64,000 bases of DNA from Trichinella spiralis (lineage: Eukaryota), in contig NW_003526944.1 of assembly GCF_000181795.1 (NCBI RefSeq), forward strand, positions 2,531,434-2,595,433, written 5' to 3'. Positions 1-12,361 of this stretch are shown here, piece after piece; the first letter of the stretch is position 1, and the number at the start of each line of letters is the position of its first letter. The notes under the pieces were generated by a model. It had not been told where the DNA came from, did not search any database, and saw only the letters and a list, made by a program, of their open reading frames with translations. The translations under genes were made by a program, and so were the position numbers.

Positions 1-514
1 CCCAACTGAAAATACCACTCCACATTGCAATTACGATTTCTGCCGCACAACTGAATCGTGAAATTTGAACTAAATCTTCAATAATATCAAAACAAATAAT
101 ATACTCTTTTTTCTTTCATCGATCGTCCCTTCACCGTCGATTCAATAATGCTCGCACATGCTGCACACGCGAGTGGTTACAAATTCATTTGTCGTGAGCT
201 AATGTTAATATTTTTTTTGTTTTACTCAATTCATAATGATTATTATTTTGAATATATTTGACTGACAATTTGAACTCTCAACGACCAATTTGTATAAATT
301 CTTTTTTTTTTTCAACAAACAATTTTGAACTTATCAGCACTTATAATTATTAATTGTTCCATTTTTTGAAATAATTTTTAATTAAAATTTCACATTAATC
401 AATTATTGAACAAGTTCATATTTTTGTATAATTAATACTTTAACATCAATATGTACCGTAATTATTACAGTACACATTTATATCAAAAGTGGAAATTAAT
501 TGAGCAGTTTGAAA

Positions 515-1489
515 ATGCCCAGATCCAAAAGAGACAAAGAAGGTAAATATCACGTTCAATATTTGTAATTTTATTTTTTTCATTAAAAAATTTTTATTGT
601 AATTTCAGTTTCATTAACTGTTGTTAAAAAGAAAGGAAGAGAAGGGAAAGAAAAGTTAGTCGATGAGGTGCGGCGTTGCATAGACGCGTACAAATCTATT
701 TTAGTGTTTTCTGTGGAATCGTTTCGAACAGCTCAAATGAACCAAGTCAGGCATGTTTTCAAAGAAAACAGTCGGTGAGTGTTTATTCTGTTGTTATATT
801 GAATGGTATTTTTGATTTTGTTCTGTCATGATAGATTTTTCTTCGGTCGTAACAAAGTATTGGCAATTGCTTTGGGAAGAATTCCATCCGAAGAGTACAG
901 GGAAAATTTGTGCAAATTGAGTTCAATGCTGGTTGGTCAACGTGGACTGATGTTCTCCAATTTGTCTGTCGACGATGTAATAAGGTTCGCACAGCAGTGG
1001 AAATTGTGCACGCTTTTGCAGCTTTGCTTTGCAGAAATTTGAAAAAATTGGAGCAGCCAGAATTTGCGAGAAGCGGTAACAAAGCTACAGAGACGATCAC
1101 AATTCCAGCGGGTCCATTGGAACAGTTTCAGTTCACTATAGAACCACTGTTGCGAAAGTTGGGACTTCCTGTCACGTTGGAGAAGGGTAACATTTTTCCA
1201 TTTGTTGTCATTGATGTCTTTTTTATTATTCGACTTTATTAGGTGTTATTATAATGGAAAAAGATTTCGTCGTTTGTAAGAAAGATTGCGTATTGACTCC
1301 GGAACAGGCGAAAATTTTGGTAAATGTCATTTACTTGGAAACATTCGCTTTAATTAATATATTTGGCAATTTTAATTTTAGGAACTTTTTGGAATTAAGT
1401 TGGCAAAATTCAAGTTGAATCCAATTTTAGCATGGTACGATGACGGGACAGTGAGAAAGCTGTCAAAACAAAAAAAAGTTAAAAAATAA
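515..1489 (+). CDS. MRTO4: Ribosome assembly factor MRT4 (mRNA turnover 4 homolog), 6 coding exons
   Basis: Spliced translation across GT-AG introns: MPRSKRDKE|VSLTVVKKKGREGKEKLVDEVRRCID...|FFFGRNKVLAIALGR...|EFARSGNKATETITIPAGPLEQFQFTIEPLLRKLGLPVTLEKG|...LTPEQAKIL|ELFGIKLAKFKL..., stop TAA at 1487-1489. These are hallmark MRT4/uL10-family motifs. Confidence 0.95.
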
Positions 1490-1720
1490 CTTTAAAACAA
1501 TTTGTTTTGTTCAATAAATATTTAATTCGTTGTATGAATTTAAAAATTTTGGTACGTATTTCGTTTTTCTTTTCAGTTGTTGAAACTTTTTTTTTCATTC
1601 AAACGCAAAATTTACATTACTCGTTTGTGTGTGTAATTGTGAACACATTTTCCGATAAGACTGAATTTCAAAATCGTTTATTTTTTTCTAATCTGAAACC
1701 TATGTTTAAATTCAATCGCA

Positions 1721-2813
1721 TTAATCAGTACGCATTTTCAAAATATGCTCTTCCACTCTGTCACCATGCAAAACGACCATTTGCACAGCATCTCCGGTGC
1801 TCTTCTCCCTTTCGATTGTTGAAATGAATGCGTCGTGCATCAGTTGTTGGGCGCGTTCTTTACTCAGTGGTTGTTTTGTCTGTTCGGGTTGTGTTTTCCA
1901 GCCAATCTGAAAACGTTTCCAGTAATTAATATCATTTTACAGTTTTCTGTTGCTTAAAGCTTAGCCATCAAATATTTCACATACCTGATTGTCAAAAAAC
2001 GGTTCAATCAAATAAGAACCTTCTCCTTGTGCACTGTAAGGTAATTCTTCTATCGTCCCTACCGGATCGTAAGAATAGAGCACTCCACGTCCTAAAGGCA
2101 TAGTTCAAATGTTAAATGATTTTAATATTAATGCTTATTTTTTCACCATCTCTGTCGATTCCTCCAATGATTGCCCCCACATAATAAGGAAAAAATCGTC
2201 TAAAGTAGAGTGTTCGGGAAAGCAACTGTGCTGCAGCGTGTATGTCCATATATTCGTTAAATGTGAAAAGATATTGCTGTAAAAAATAATATGCGTAACT
2301 GACAATGCAAAGCGTATTAAGGCAATGAAATTACTTGAATTCGTGTTCGTAGTACTTTTACCAACTGAATCATATCACCCTGGAAGCCTGTTCCTGTCAT
2401 GTACACTTTAGGTGTTCTAGAGAGAAAAAAATTTGATGAAAACAATAAATACTCGAACTATTTCACAGCATACAGACGATAAACTTTCGGCGCAGTTCTT
2501 GACATTACTACCATCGAACTTGCACTAAGTCTAGTGTCTCCAGATAATATCACAAAATCTTTTCCTGCTATTCCAGCACAAGTACTAAAATGTAAATAAT
2601 GGATTCTTTCGTCATCATCAAATAATATTTATTAAGAAATTTAAAATAACTGTTATAAAAAATAAAATACCCTCCGTTTTCCGTATACGGATTAAATCGA
2701 TCGCTGAGTGCATTTTCATTTTTTGACTGCCATGCTTTTTTGAAATTCCTCACCGATTCCATTGTAAAATGGTCAGCAAGTTGATGACGAAATTCCATAG
2801 CTGAATTTAACAT
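1721..2813 (-). CDS. PSMB1: 20S proteasome subunit beta type-1 (beta-6; PRE7/pbs-6 ortholog), 6 coding exons
   Basis: RFNPYTENGG|TCAGIAGKDFVIISGDTRLS, GFQGD, LYFRRFFPYYV, GVLYSYDPVG, IEPFFDNQ|IG, DAFISTIERE..TGD, C-terminus KMRTD* (TAA 1721-1723). All introns are in-phase GT-AG. Confidence 0.93.
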
Positions 2814-3408
2814 CTTTTGTTATGTTCAACTACACGAAATATGCTACTGCAAATTCGACTGACATTCAGGTATTATTTTTTACTGTATTAACTTCTTATA
2901 TGTGTATTCTTGTATACATTAACTTTCTTTATCTGATGAGTTTAAATAAATTAATAATTTTTACATGTTATTTTCACAAATTTCTTTTTTTTTAATAATA
3001 ATAAAATTTTTCATATATAATTTAATTTTTAAATTTAAGCTTTACTCATTTTTCAAGCAGAATTAAATTTTTGGAAAATAAGCGAACTTCTTTACTTTCA
3101 ACTTTTAAATTACGTTAAAATAAATTAAATGTTCATGTTTCAACGAAGCTTTTTTCTCAATGTACTGTGAGGTGAGTACCGTGTTGCCGTGTTGTGATTT
3201 ATTCCTTTTGTTCAAGTGCATAATTACGGTAAGAGTTTTAATTTATAATACGCAATTTATATATTTAACACTGAAAGTAATTTGTTTAGTTTTTATTATC
3301 TCGAGCCTTTTAACGTTGTCACTGTGTATTAATTTAACTGTTATAAATATGTCGAATTATTTAATGAATAAAATTTTGAATTCAAACTGTTTTTTTTTGA
3401 ATAGATTT

Positions 3409-5046
3409 ATGTTGCGGTTATGTCGTCTTTGTTATTCCTTACCAACTTTATCAGTACCGTTAGCGAGGAATATCCATCGCTTCAGACGTGTTGAGAAAAA
3501 GATTATTCCCAGGAATAGCACTGACATTTCAGAGAAAGTGGTTAATGGCAGAAATTTTAGAAGAAGCGTTGAACAATTTGTAGTACCTGTAACTGAACGC
3601 AGCTTACGCTATCTTTGCAAGCCTATTTTGTTCACAGCAGCTGTACGTTTTGTAGAAATTGTACAGTTGTCTGAATATTACAAAAAATGTTATTATCTAG
3701 TTTGGTTGTTCTTGTTTTCTGGCTGCTACTGTTGCTGAATATGAACGATACCAATCTGAAAAGGAATATTTATTAGATCGACGCAACTGGCGTTATGAAT
3801 ATGGAAGGAAAGTTGGAACATTGCGCCAACAGGTACGATGCTAGTGCTTTGTAATTTTGTTCTCAATTGTTAGATTTAGTTAATATTTAAATAATTTAGT
3901 TAAACGATATTTGGGGAAAAATTACAATTGGCCAGAAGGCAATTGGTGGAATTATTGCTCTCAATGTTGCAGTTTATCTGGCTTGGAAAGTACCCAAGTT
4001 GCATCCTTTGTTGAAAAGATACTTCATGTGTGGTTATTTTGGCGGTAGAATATTATTTTAATATATTATTAATTTTTATTTTAAATTTTCATTAAACGAT
4101 TAAATTTGCATGAATATATTTTGATTTTGAAAAAATTTTAGCAAGTTTGTGTACACCGATGATTTATTCCGTATTTTCGCACATTAATTTCCTTCACATG
4201 GCTGTGAACATGTACGTGCTTTGGTCATTCGGTCCTACGCTAGTTCGACTTACAGGTCTGGAGCAATTTGTCGCTCTATATCTTACATCAGGTATGAGTC
4301 ACTTCAATTTTGCATTATGGATATTTTTTATATGTTACGTTTCTAAATGAAAATATTTTCAGGTGCTGTATCATCAATGTGTAGCCTTATAATCAAAGCA
4401 ATTAATGGAAATAAAAAGGTATCTGTTGGGGCTGTAAGTTAAAGTGCTTTATTTTGTAAATGATTTTTTGTGTATTTCAATAAAATAATTTTTAATTATT
4501 GTTTTAGTCTGGGGCTATTTTGGCCATGCTGATGTACACATGCTGTAAAATACCGGATGCTGAACTGACGATAGTTTTTCTACCCTTTCTGACTTTTACT
4601 GCGTCACAGGTGAAATTTTTTTAATTACGTGAATTTGTTAACGTTTTGTTTAATTTGTTATGCTGGGATACGACATTCAATTGTATCCTATTATTGATTT
4701 ATGTTATCAGTGAATTTTGCGGTATTAAATATTTACAGTTTAATAAAATGTTAAATATTATTTTTGCCTTTTCATAGCGTATTAATATGGCAAAGTGTTT
4801 ATAGGCGATTATTATGGTTGTTGGATTCGACTTAGCAGGCTTGCTGTTTCGCTGGCGTTTATTTGATCACGCAGCTCACCTTGGCGGAAGCTTCTTTGGA
4901 ATGTATTTAAAAAAATTGGAATATATGTTTATGTTGTTTAATTGTTTTGTTCTAGTTTGTATGCCATGTATGGAGACGCATTATGGGAACGGCGTGGTGT
5001 TGTTGTTAATGAATACGTTCGATTGTTCAAGCAGTCGAGCAATTGA
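3409..5046 (+). CDS. PARL: Mitochondrial rhomboid protease, PARL-like (multi-exon)
   Basis: Arg-rich presequence-like N-terminus MLRLCRLCYS; FSHINFLHMAVNMYVLWSFG; catalytic GA|SGA serine motif split by an intron (~4430/4508); catalytic FDHAAHLGG; last exon LYAMYGDALWERR..., TGA at 5044-5046. The start codon is the best guess. Confidence 0.9.
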
Positions 5047-5583
5047 TATTTCCGAAATTCGAGATTTTAGCGTATCGAAACTTAATTTATTGATCAAATT
5101 TTGTTTAAAGCATTTCTAGCTTGTTTTATATTGGTTTAACATTGTTTTTCATTTTGGTTGTCCTACGTGTGAAAGTGACTTCTGAAATCAATAAAAGGTG
5201 AGACTGATGTAAATTTGTTTGTACGGTCTGGGAAACATATGTACATTTGAATTTTATTATAGAAATGGCATATATATAATTCATTTTTTTATTTGTATGT
5301 TCCTTTTAAATATTGTTACAAAATTTTCAGTGCAACGTTTATGTTATCATATAGACATGGATCTATCGAAGTACGGTTTTTAAGCCATACTTCAATATAA
5401 TATCAATGAAGACTAAAGTGCAACCAAGAAATACATTTTTGGTGAAGTAGAAAGGATGAATTAAAGTAAAAAAAAACAAAGTTCAATTATCATTTTAAAT
5501 TTGTACTGTAATGAAAATAGTACCTACTTATCAGTATTATTGTAAAATGGTTTATAGGTTGAACTCCTGATGATACGGTTGTG

Positions 5584-8500
5584 ATGTGGGCGCGACTTTT
5601 TAGAAATGCACTACTGGTATTGCAAGCGGTTTTGTTAAGGTAAGAAATCAGGAACGATTTTAGTTATTCTTTTTTTATTGCATAAGTGTATTCTTCAGCT
5701 TTAGTAAACAAATTACTTTTGCTCGAATGTTACAATGATTTTTTATTTCATTTTCGTATATATAAAGTGAGAATTATAAGCATATTTGAAGAAAACTTTT
5801 GTTGTGAATTGCTTGCTAAAGCAAATATGTCTTTTTACGGAATATTTTCTGCTTTATAAAATTTGCTCAAGACTTCCTTAACCTAATAGACTAGTTGTCA
5901 TTGATTTGTTCATTGAACAGCTTGCGTTTATTATACACAGTAAAATTTTGCTCATTTCAAACTTTTTGTGTAAATAGAATGTTTACTTGACTTGCGTTTG
6001 TATATTAATAGTTAATTAGTTATGAAAATGGACTGTTTTAAATTTATTTTTTATTAGTTTATTTAAGTTTGGTGTTTTTAGAGCTCGATACCTGTTCTTA
6101 ACAGACTGAATTTGATTGTTTCATAGATGATTTTAATTTTCTACTAAAAGTAAACCCTTTTTTAACGTCAACTTATTATTGAATATGTCCTCAAATTTCT
6201 ATGAATGTAAAAAGATTTTTAAAGTAACTTGATAATTAACTATTGGTGAATTTTATGAACTGCTTGTTATTAATAAAGTTACGAATATTAACTATTTAAA
6301 TTATTGCATAGGCAGGTTGGTGGTATTTACTCAGGATGGGTGGTGTTTAATTCTGGTGGAATGTTTAATGACGAATTTCTGTCTTTGTTAATTGATAATA
6401 ACCTTGTGTTGATTTGATCTGACGTCATTAGTCTATGCATTGTGATCAATATCAGTTTATTTTCACCGTCAATTTGAGCGGCATGTTTTATTTTTATCAC
6501 TAGAAAGTAATAGTTTTTTTCAGGATCAATTAAAATTATTATAGTTTTCAATGATTCATTCAGGATGAGTTTCTTTTCCTGTGATGTTTCCTGCATGCCA
6601 CCGTCTGCAGATGGAGAAGTTTGCTTTAAAAAAGTAAGAACTTCATATGGTTTACTAATGTTTGTTTTTGTTAAAATAAGGAAAATGTCTATTTAGGACT
6701 TATTAATACCGCCGATTTTTTGTCCAGCCAAAGAAATGCAGTAATTGATGATTTTTTTTCATTTTTGTTATTTCAGTAATTTGATTGATGATATTGCTTT
6801 TGATAGGACGGTCAGGTCGGTGGAAACGCCAAATGAGACGATCAGTGACGAAGAGCCGCTGCAATCATTTGACGAGTGGACAAAGAAAAAGCTTGAAGAG
6901 CAGCAAAATTTGAAGCCTATCGGTAAAGGGCGCGGTTTTGTTTTGTTTTGTTCCTGTTGTGTTCGTTTGAATTGTGTTGTTTGTACAGTTTTTCAGAAAT
7001 TGGTTGCCACGCCCAGCGGCAGCACAGCTACCCCGTACACGAATCGCAATTACGCGAGCAAAGATTGTGGGGCGAAAATAATGCAGGCGAATGCCGGTGC
7101 CCAGAACGTGGCCGCACTGCTTAAAGGTGAGGGAAATTGTTTTCCATGAGAAAAAATTGAACAATGAAGAATTTTTTTTTGAAAAAAAATAACATCGCAA
7201 TGCAGACAAAGAACGGGATGAGTACATGTTGAATGCGTGTCAGACGGAAGTGCCCAAATGGTTTATTGTTGAATTGTGCGAGACGGTTCAGATCAGTGCG
7301 GTTGAGATTGCAAATTTTGAATTGTTCTCCTCAAGCCCGAAACAGTTCCGCCTGTGGGTCAGCGAACGTTATCCGACGGTCGAGTGGAATTTGGTCGGCG
7401 AGTGGACGGCCCAGGATGCACGCGAGGTCCAGCGTTTCCAGATTCCGTTGAAGCAATACGCCAAGTACATTCGCGTGGAATTGCTCAGCCATTACGGTTC
7501 GGAACACTTCTGCCCGGTCAGTTTGTTTCGTGTTTTTGGCATTTCAATGGTCGAAGAGTACGAGGCCGAGGCGATGCATCTCGAAGACGAACCCAACGTG
7601 CCGACATCCGCTTCACCAGGCGAGGGTGTGGATCCGTCGTCGCCGTCACTGGTTGCCGTCGATCAAGACTCAGCCAAGAGCAACGATTCGTCGAAAATGG
7701 ACCTGTTGAACACGGCCAAAGACGCGGTTGTGAACATGGCCAAAGAGATGTTGGGCAAGGCCAAGGGAGTTTTGCGGGTTGTGCAAATTGCCGCGGACAA
7801 AGAAACGGCCACACTGGAAGACAGTGTTCCGCAACGAGCATCCTGTTGGACTTGTACTGAACAGGCCGTTCAGAGCAGCACCAAATATTGCTATTTCATC
7901 CGTCTGGTCGCTGCGAAAGCGTCGTCGATGACCACTCCTTCAGACCTGGCCGAGGCGGAAGATGTCGTCTCTGTCAGTGACCGCCCAACGTTGTTGTCCT
8001 TGTGGAACGAAACCGAAGAAAGTGGAACCCACGAGTCGGGGTCATCGTTCGACCAGCTGACAACGACAGCTGATTCAGATGGTAAGCAGTGGAATGGTGT
8101 TGCAGAGAGGCAGGAACAACAACAGGAGGAGGAGAAGTCGAACCACCACAACGGAGCCGCTGACGAGAGGTTGATGTGCTATTTGGACAACAGCAGCAGT
8201 GTGAAGAATTTGTCGTCGTTGACCAAGAATCCGTTCGACGAACGCTTATCTCCGGTGGTGGATGCGAAGGATGAGGAAGAAGAGGAGATTAAGAATAAGA
8301 AGAAGAAAAAGAAAAAGAATAATAATAATAATAACAAAGAGGAAGAGGTGGAGATGAGGGCCCAGAAAGTTTACCCGAAGATGAGCAGAGAAACTGACGA
8401 ATTGGGAATGGCGCAGCTGCCCAACGAGCTTGCCTTACCGGGAAGCAGCACCAGCTCCAAAGAGTCAGTTTTCATTCGGCTCAACAATCGGCTGAAAACG

Positions 8501-9475
8501 CTCGAAATGAACGTCAGTCTGAGCAGTCAGTATTTAAGTGAACTGTCACGCAATTACAAGCGTCAAATTGAAGAAATTCAACGTTTGCTCAACAAGACCA
8601 TGCAAGTAGCAGGTGACGTTGAGATGCGGTTGATGATGTTGATCAAGTCGCAAGATCAGACGTTGGGCGTGCTGCAGTCGAAGGTGGACAACTTGACCAA
8701 GCGTATCTCGTTGCCGGTTGATCGTTGGGTGGATCAAGAGGCTAAAGTAAAATAAATGATTAATTAATTTAATGACGTTTAAATTTTTTTCTTTTTCTCA
8801 TTTCAGTGGTTGCAGTATCATTATTGGTTGTTTTTTGCACAGTTAGGCTTTTGCTTGTTGACGTTGGTGTTGTTGATGAGATCGTTGCGGGGTGCATTGT
8901 TGAAAAGAGACGATGTAGTTCGTATCGTGTTGGAAGTGTTGAATATGCGTGCTGCACAACATGCCAACAGTGGTGCTTTTACAGCCTTTAACAACAGTCC
9001 CTATGGTAGTAGAAATACTAGCACTAGTAGTGCTGTACGGTTGGGAGCAGGCTTAGTTTCTCATCGAAAGCGATCATGCTCTGTTAATCAGCATGACAAA
9101 GATTTAAAATTGAATCGATCGAACAATAATCCACTCAGCGTCAGCAGTTTAACCAGAGCAAAGTTGGCCCACCTAACGCCAAATGGTAGCGGCAGTTACC
9201 ACACCCATAAAAGCAACGGCAACAGCGGCGGCGGTGATCGACATTCTCGATATCAGCATCTAGCGGGTGTGCTGTTCAGCGCAGATAGTAGCAAGGTGCC
9301 CCGCAATGCGGAACTAGTCCGCTGGCTCGAAATGCCGATCCGACTTTGTACTGTGAAGAATGTTGGAAGTAAAAAATGTAAATTATTTCAGCAGCAACAA
9401 CGTTGGATGATAACCAATTCTCCTGCAGACAAATTATTATTATCGGCATCTTTATCGTCGTCAAAGCAAAGTTGA
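5584..9475 (+). CDS. SUCO: SUN domain-containing ossification factor (SUCO/osteopotentia/SLP1-like mid-SUN membrane protein)
   Basis: SFDEWTKKKL; NYASKDCGAKIMQAN; DEYMLNAC..KWFIVELCETVQISAVEIANFELFSSSPKQF; YIRVELLSHYGSEHFCPVSLFRVFGISMVEEYE; KESVFIRLNNRLKTLEMNVSLSSQYLSELS coiled coil; TM segment at ~8825-8880. Region 6777-9475 is solid. The signal-peptide-like first exon (MWARLFRNALLVLQAVLL, 5584-5639) and the small exons at ~6565-6740 are tentative. Confidence 0.87.
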
Positions 9476-9884
9476 TGCTTCTACTTTCTTGTTTATTTTT
9501 ATTATTTTATTTTTAATCACTTATTATTTTGTTCGTTCTTTATTTTTTTTGTTTGAACCGTGCAGCATAGTATTCTTATCTTTGCAGTTGCAAGATGTAA
9601 GATAACAAATCCGGGTGATGATTTTGTTTTATGATGGTTGATAATTGTTACCGCAGTGTTTTGTTTTACCCATTAAACTTAAAATTGTTTGTTGTAATGT
9701 GCTTTGTGGCAATTTTTTTCCACTGAGACGTAAAACGCACGAATTTGATTAAACGATACTGTTTCGATTATTACTTACTCGGTATCGATTTTGCTTTCAT
9801 ATTTTTGTTTCGAAAATTAAATTTTTTCTTTTTCTTTCAGTTGAAACTTACTCGACTTTGTCATTTCATGTCAACTAAACATTT

Positions 9885-9941
9885 GTACTTTACTATCATT
9901 TCGAATAATATTAGTACTTTACTATCATTTCGAATAATATT
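9885..9941. repeat. Perfect 28-bp tandem duplication (period 29)
   Basis: GTACTTTACTATCATTTCGAATAATATT occurs at 9885 and 9914. Confidence 0.9.
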
Positions 9942-10358
9942 TATACTGTATTTTACTTTTGTATTTCACGTTCATTTTTCTTCAATCGTGTTCGTTTCGG
10001 TGATGATATTGATACCGGAGAAGATTATGCTTTAGAGCAGAAGCTTTACTGACAAACATTAAATCAGGTATGCCTTATTTTTTTACGCGCACAGATTGTT
10101 CGTTAGGTGAATGGGTTTCGATGATTTTTTCCCCATTAGCACCGTTACCGTTTCAAATTAGTGTTGTCGACTTTGTTCCTCATATTACATCTTCAATCAG
10201 GGCTAGCTTGTTGATTGGAAAATGAAATAAGCAAACGTCATTTATTCGAAAAGTTTGCATAGTATGAATTGATTTTATTGTGAAAAGAGAATTACACTGT
10301 CAAAAATGATACTCTCAGCACAGGGTGAAGCTACATCCAGTGAAGTAAACAGCAGTCT

Positions 10359-10772
10359 TCAGTACGGGTTCGGACGTCTTGGTTTCATCGGGTCAAATAA
10401 GCGGGGATCTTTCAAAAATCGAGCATCCTTGACAAAAACTGGCATCAGTCCGGCCCTTCTAGCGGTTGCGATAGCTTCGTGTAAACGTCGTTGTTGATAT
10501 TCGCACAGTCCTGTGATATGCTTTTCGTACAGTCTTCCCGTAAACGATGACAAAAATTGACTCAGTAGGCGGACATTTCTGTAATCCAACTCGACGCCGA
10601 GGCGACACAGCAAGCACTTTTCTTTTTCTTTCTGATACGGGTTCTCGTGCACATTTTCCAGCGGTTTGTCGTCCTTTTGAAGAGGGATGTATTTAAAAGC
10701 TTCACCACGAATAAATCGCCGCGAAATCCACCGCGAAGGCGAAATTCCACCTGCCAAGATGCCGCAGAACAT
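10359..10772 (-). CDS. MRPS18C: Mitochondrial ribosomal protein S18C-like (bS18m), intronless CDS, 137 aa
   Basis: ENPYQKEKEKCLLC..ELDYRNVRLLSQFLSSFTGRLYEKHITGLC..QQ..AIATARRAGLMPV..KD..FLKDP matches the S18C subfamily pattern, with a presequence-like N-terminus. Confidence 0.9.
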   Translation of the reverse strand: MFCGILAGGISPSRWISRRFIRGEAFKYIPLQKDDKPLENVHENPYQKEKEKCLLCRLGVELDYRNVRLLSQFLSSFTGRLYEKHITGLCEYQQRRLHEAIATARRAGLMPVFVKDARFLKDPRLFDPMKPRRPNPY

Positions 10773-10979
10773 TTCTAACTAGTATCCTATTGGAACTTTA
10801 TGTTACAGTATCCTGTTGGAACTTTATAATCTTTAAAGATGCTGTAGTCGACAGGTAAATGTAAAATCGGGCTGTGGTGTTTATTTGAAATTTTCGTTTT
10901 AACACTTTTCTTTTAAATGGAAATGAATTTTGAAAAATGTAAAAAATTGTTGGAATGATTTTTGCTCATCAATGGTGAA
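10773..10979. promoter_or_regulatory. Putative bidirectional promoter between head-to-head MRPS18C and ZDHHC genes
   Basis: Only ~207 bp separates the two divergent ATGs. It contains a near-perfect 26-bp-period duplication, AGTATCCT(A/G)TTGGAACTTTAT, at 10781 and 10807. Confidence 0.5.
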
Positions 10980-11994
10980 ATGTATTGGCTGAATAAATTC
11001 AAGCGCTACTTTATACAGCACTGCGCAGGTTGCGGCTATTGGTTTGGATTGACATATTTGCTGTTCATTTTCGCAAGCCTGTATTATATGGTTCTTTTTT
11101 ATTTTTGTCCAAAACTATACGGTGCGGATGCTCTTCCTCGAATTACGGCACTGTGCAGTTTTGTTGTTGCCGAAGCTGCAATCAATTGCATCATGTTCAA
11201 CGTCCGAGCCAAGTACAACCGTTTGGATCGCGTTTTGGCTCGTCAGAATAAAGCTCTGCTGCCGTTGAGCGGTTTTTCCCCTGCCAACGACGATAGTGCA
11301 CGCTTGAAGACGCGGTATTGTTCCCATTGTCGAGCCCAAGTGCCCAAGCTGTGCTATCACTGTCCATTGTGCAATTATTGCGTATTCAAAAAAGATCATC
11401 ATTGTTTTTTTCTCGGTGGTTGTGTGGGATTTGGAAATCAGCGTTATTTTGTAGTGTTTTTATTTTGGTCAATCGTCGGCTCAGCATTAGCTGTGTATTT
11501 TACATTTAGGTAAGGCAATTTTCCGTTCGCTTGCTAGTTGAACAATGTTGACCACCAACTGGAAAGTTGTTCATTGTTTGTGTGTGTTTTTTTGTTTAAG
11601 ATTTCTGACCGAAACGTTTCATCCATTTTTTCCGTTCGGTTGGATTGACTATCTCTTGCCAGTTGTAATTGTCAAGACAGTTGCTTATGGGCAATATTCG
11701 GTTTTTGATATGACTTGTCTGATCTGCTTTTACATCGCCATCTCCTCTTTGTGCGCGTCGGTTTCTTTCTTCATCGCGCAGTGGTTGTTTGTTCTGACCG
11801 GCCGTTCTATGCTTGGCTATTTCCAAATGACCGACGTCTTTTTTGGCAAAGAACATCCGACTATTCGTCAACGGATTGAAGTTGTCTTTGGTCCGTATTG
11901 GCTGTTGAATTTCATCATTCCTATGCCGTATTTCAACCAACCCGATAAAACTTACAATCAAGTTGTTTATAATTTTTTCATCAAAAACATATAA
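10980..11994 (+). CDS. DHHC-type zinc finger palmitoyltransferase (ZDHHC22/24-like), 2 exons
   Basis: YCSHCRAQVPKLCYHCPLCNYCVFKKDHHCFFLGGCVGFGNQRYF DHHC cysteine-rich domain, four hydrophobic segments, C-terminal VFGPYWLLNFIIP; intron ~11510-11600. Confidence 0.92.
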
Positions 11995-12361
11995 TTTGTT
12001 CAATTGTTTTTAACTGTCGTTCATGTTGTTTTATTTATTTATTTTTTTGGTTATAAATATTCTTTTATTTTTATTATCAAATTTTTTGAAATACAGTTAA
12101 GTAATGATAGGCATGTACATTGTATACAGTAGAGATTGGATTGGAGTGAGTAGAAGTGAACGCATTAATTGTTGTTGTCATCCCCAAAAAAATATATATT
12201 TGTCTGAATTTTGTGCTAAATAAGTGTAAACAAATAGGAGAGTGTTAGCAGCAGCACAAAACAACGTGTTTGTTGTTTCGCAAGATTTCGAAACAGCACG
12301 GCACTGGTCTACGAAATCTGTTGGCACATGATTTTGTTTTTGGTCTTGATTATCGTTCAGA

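Noticed and set aside
1..119. Possible first exons of a minus-strand gene divergent from MRT4 (MKEKR|LCGRNRNCNVEWYFQLG)
   Set aside because: Too short, truncated by the window edge, and no recognisable motif.
7233..8151. Alternative-frame and antisense ORFs (up to 168 aa) inside the large SUCO exon
   Set aside because: Expected shadow ORFs of a GC-rich coding exon; no domain similarity.
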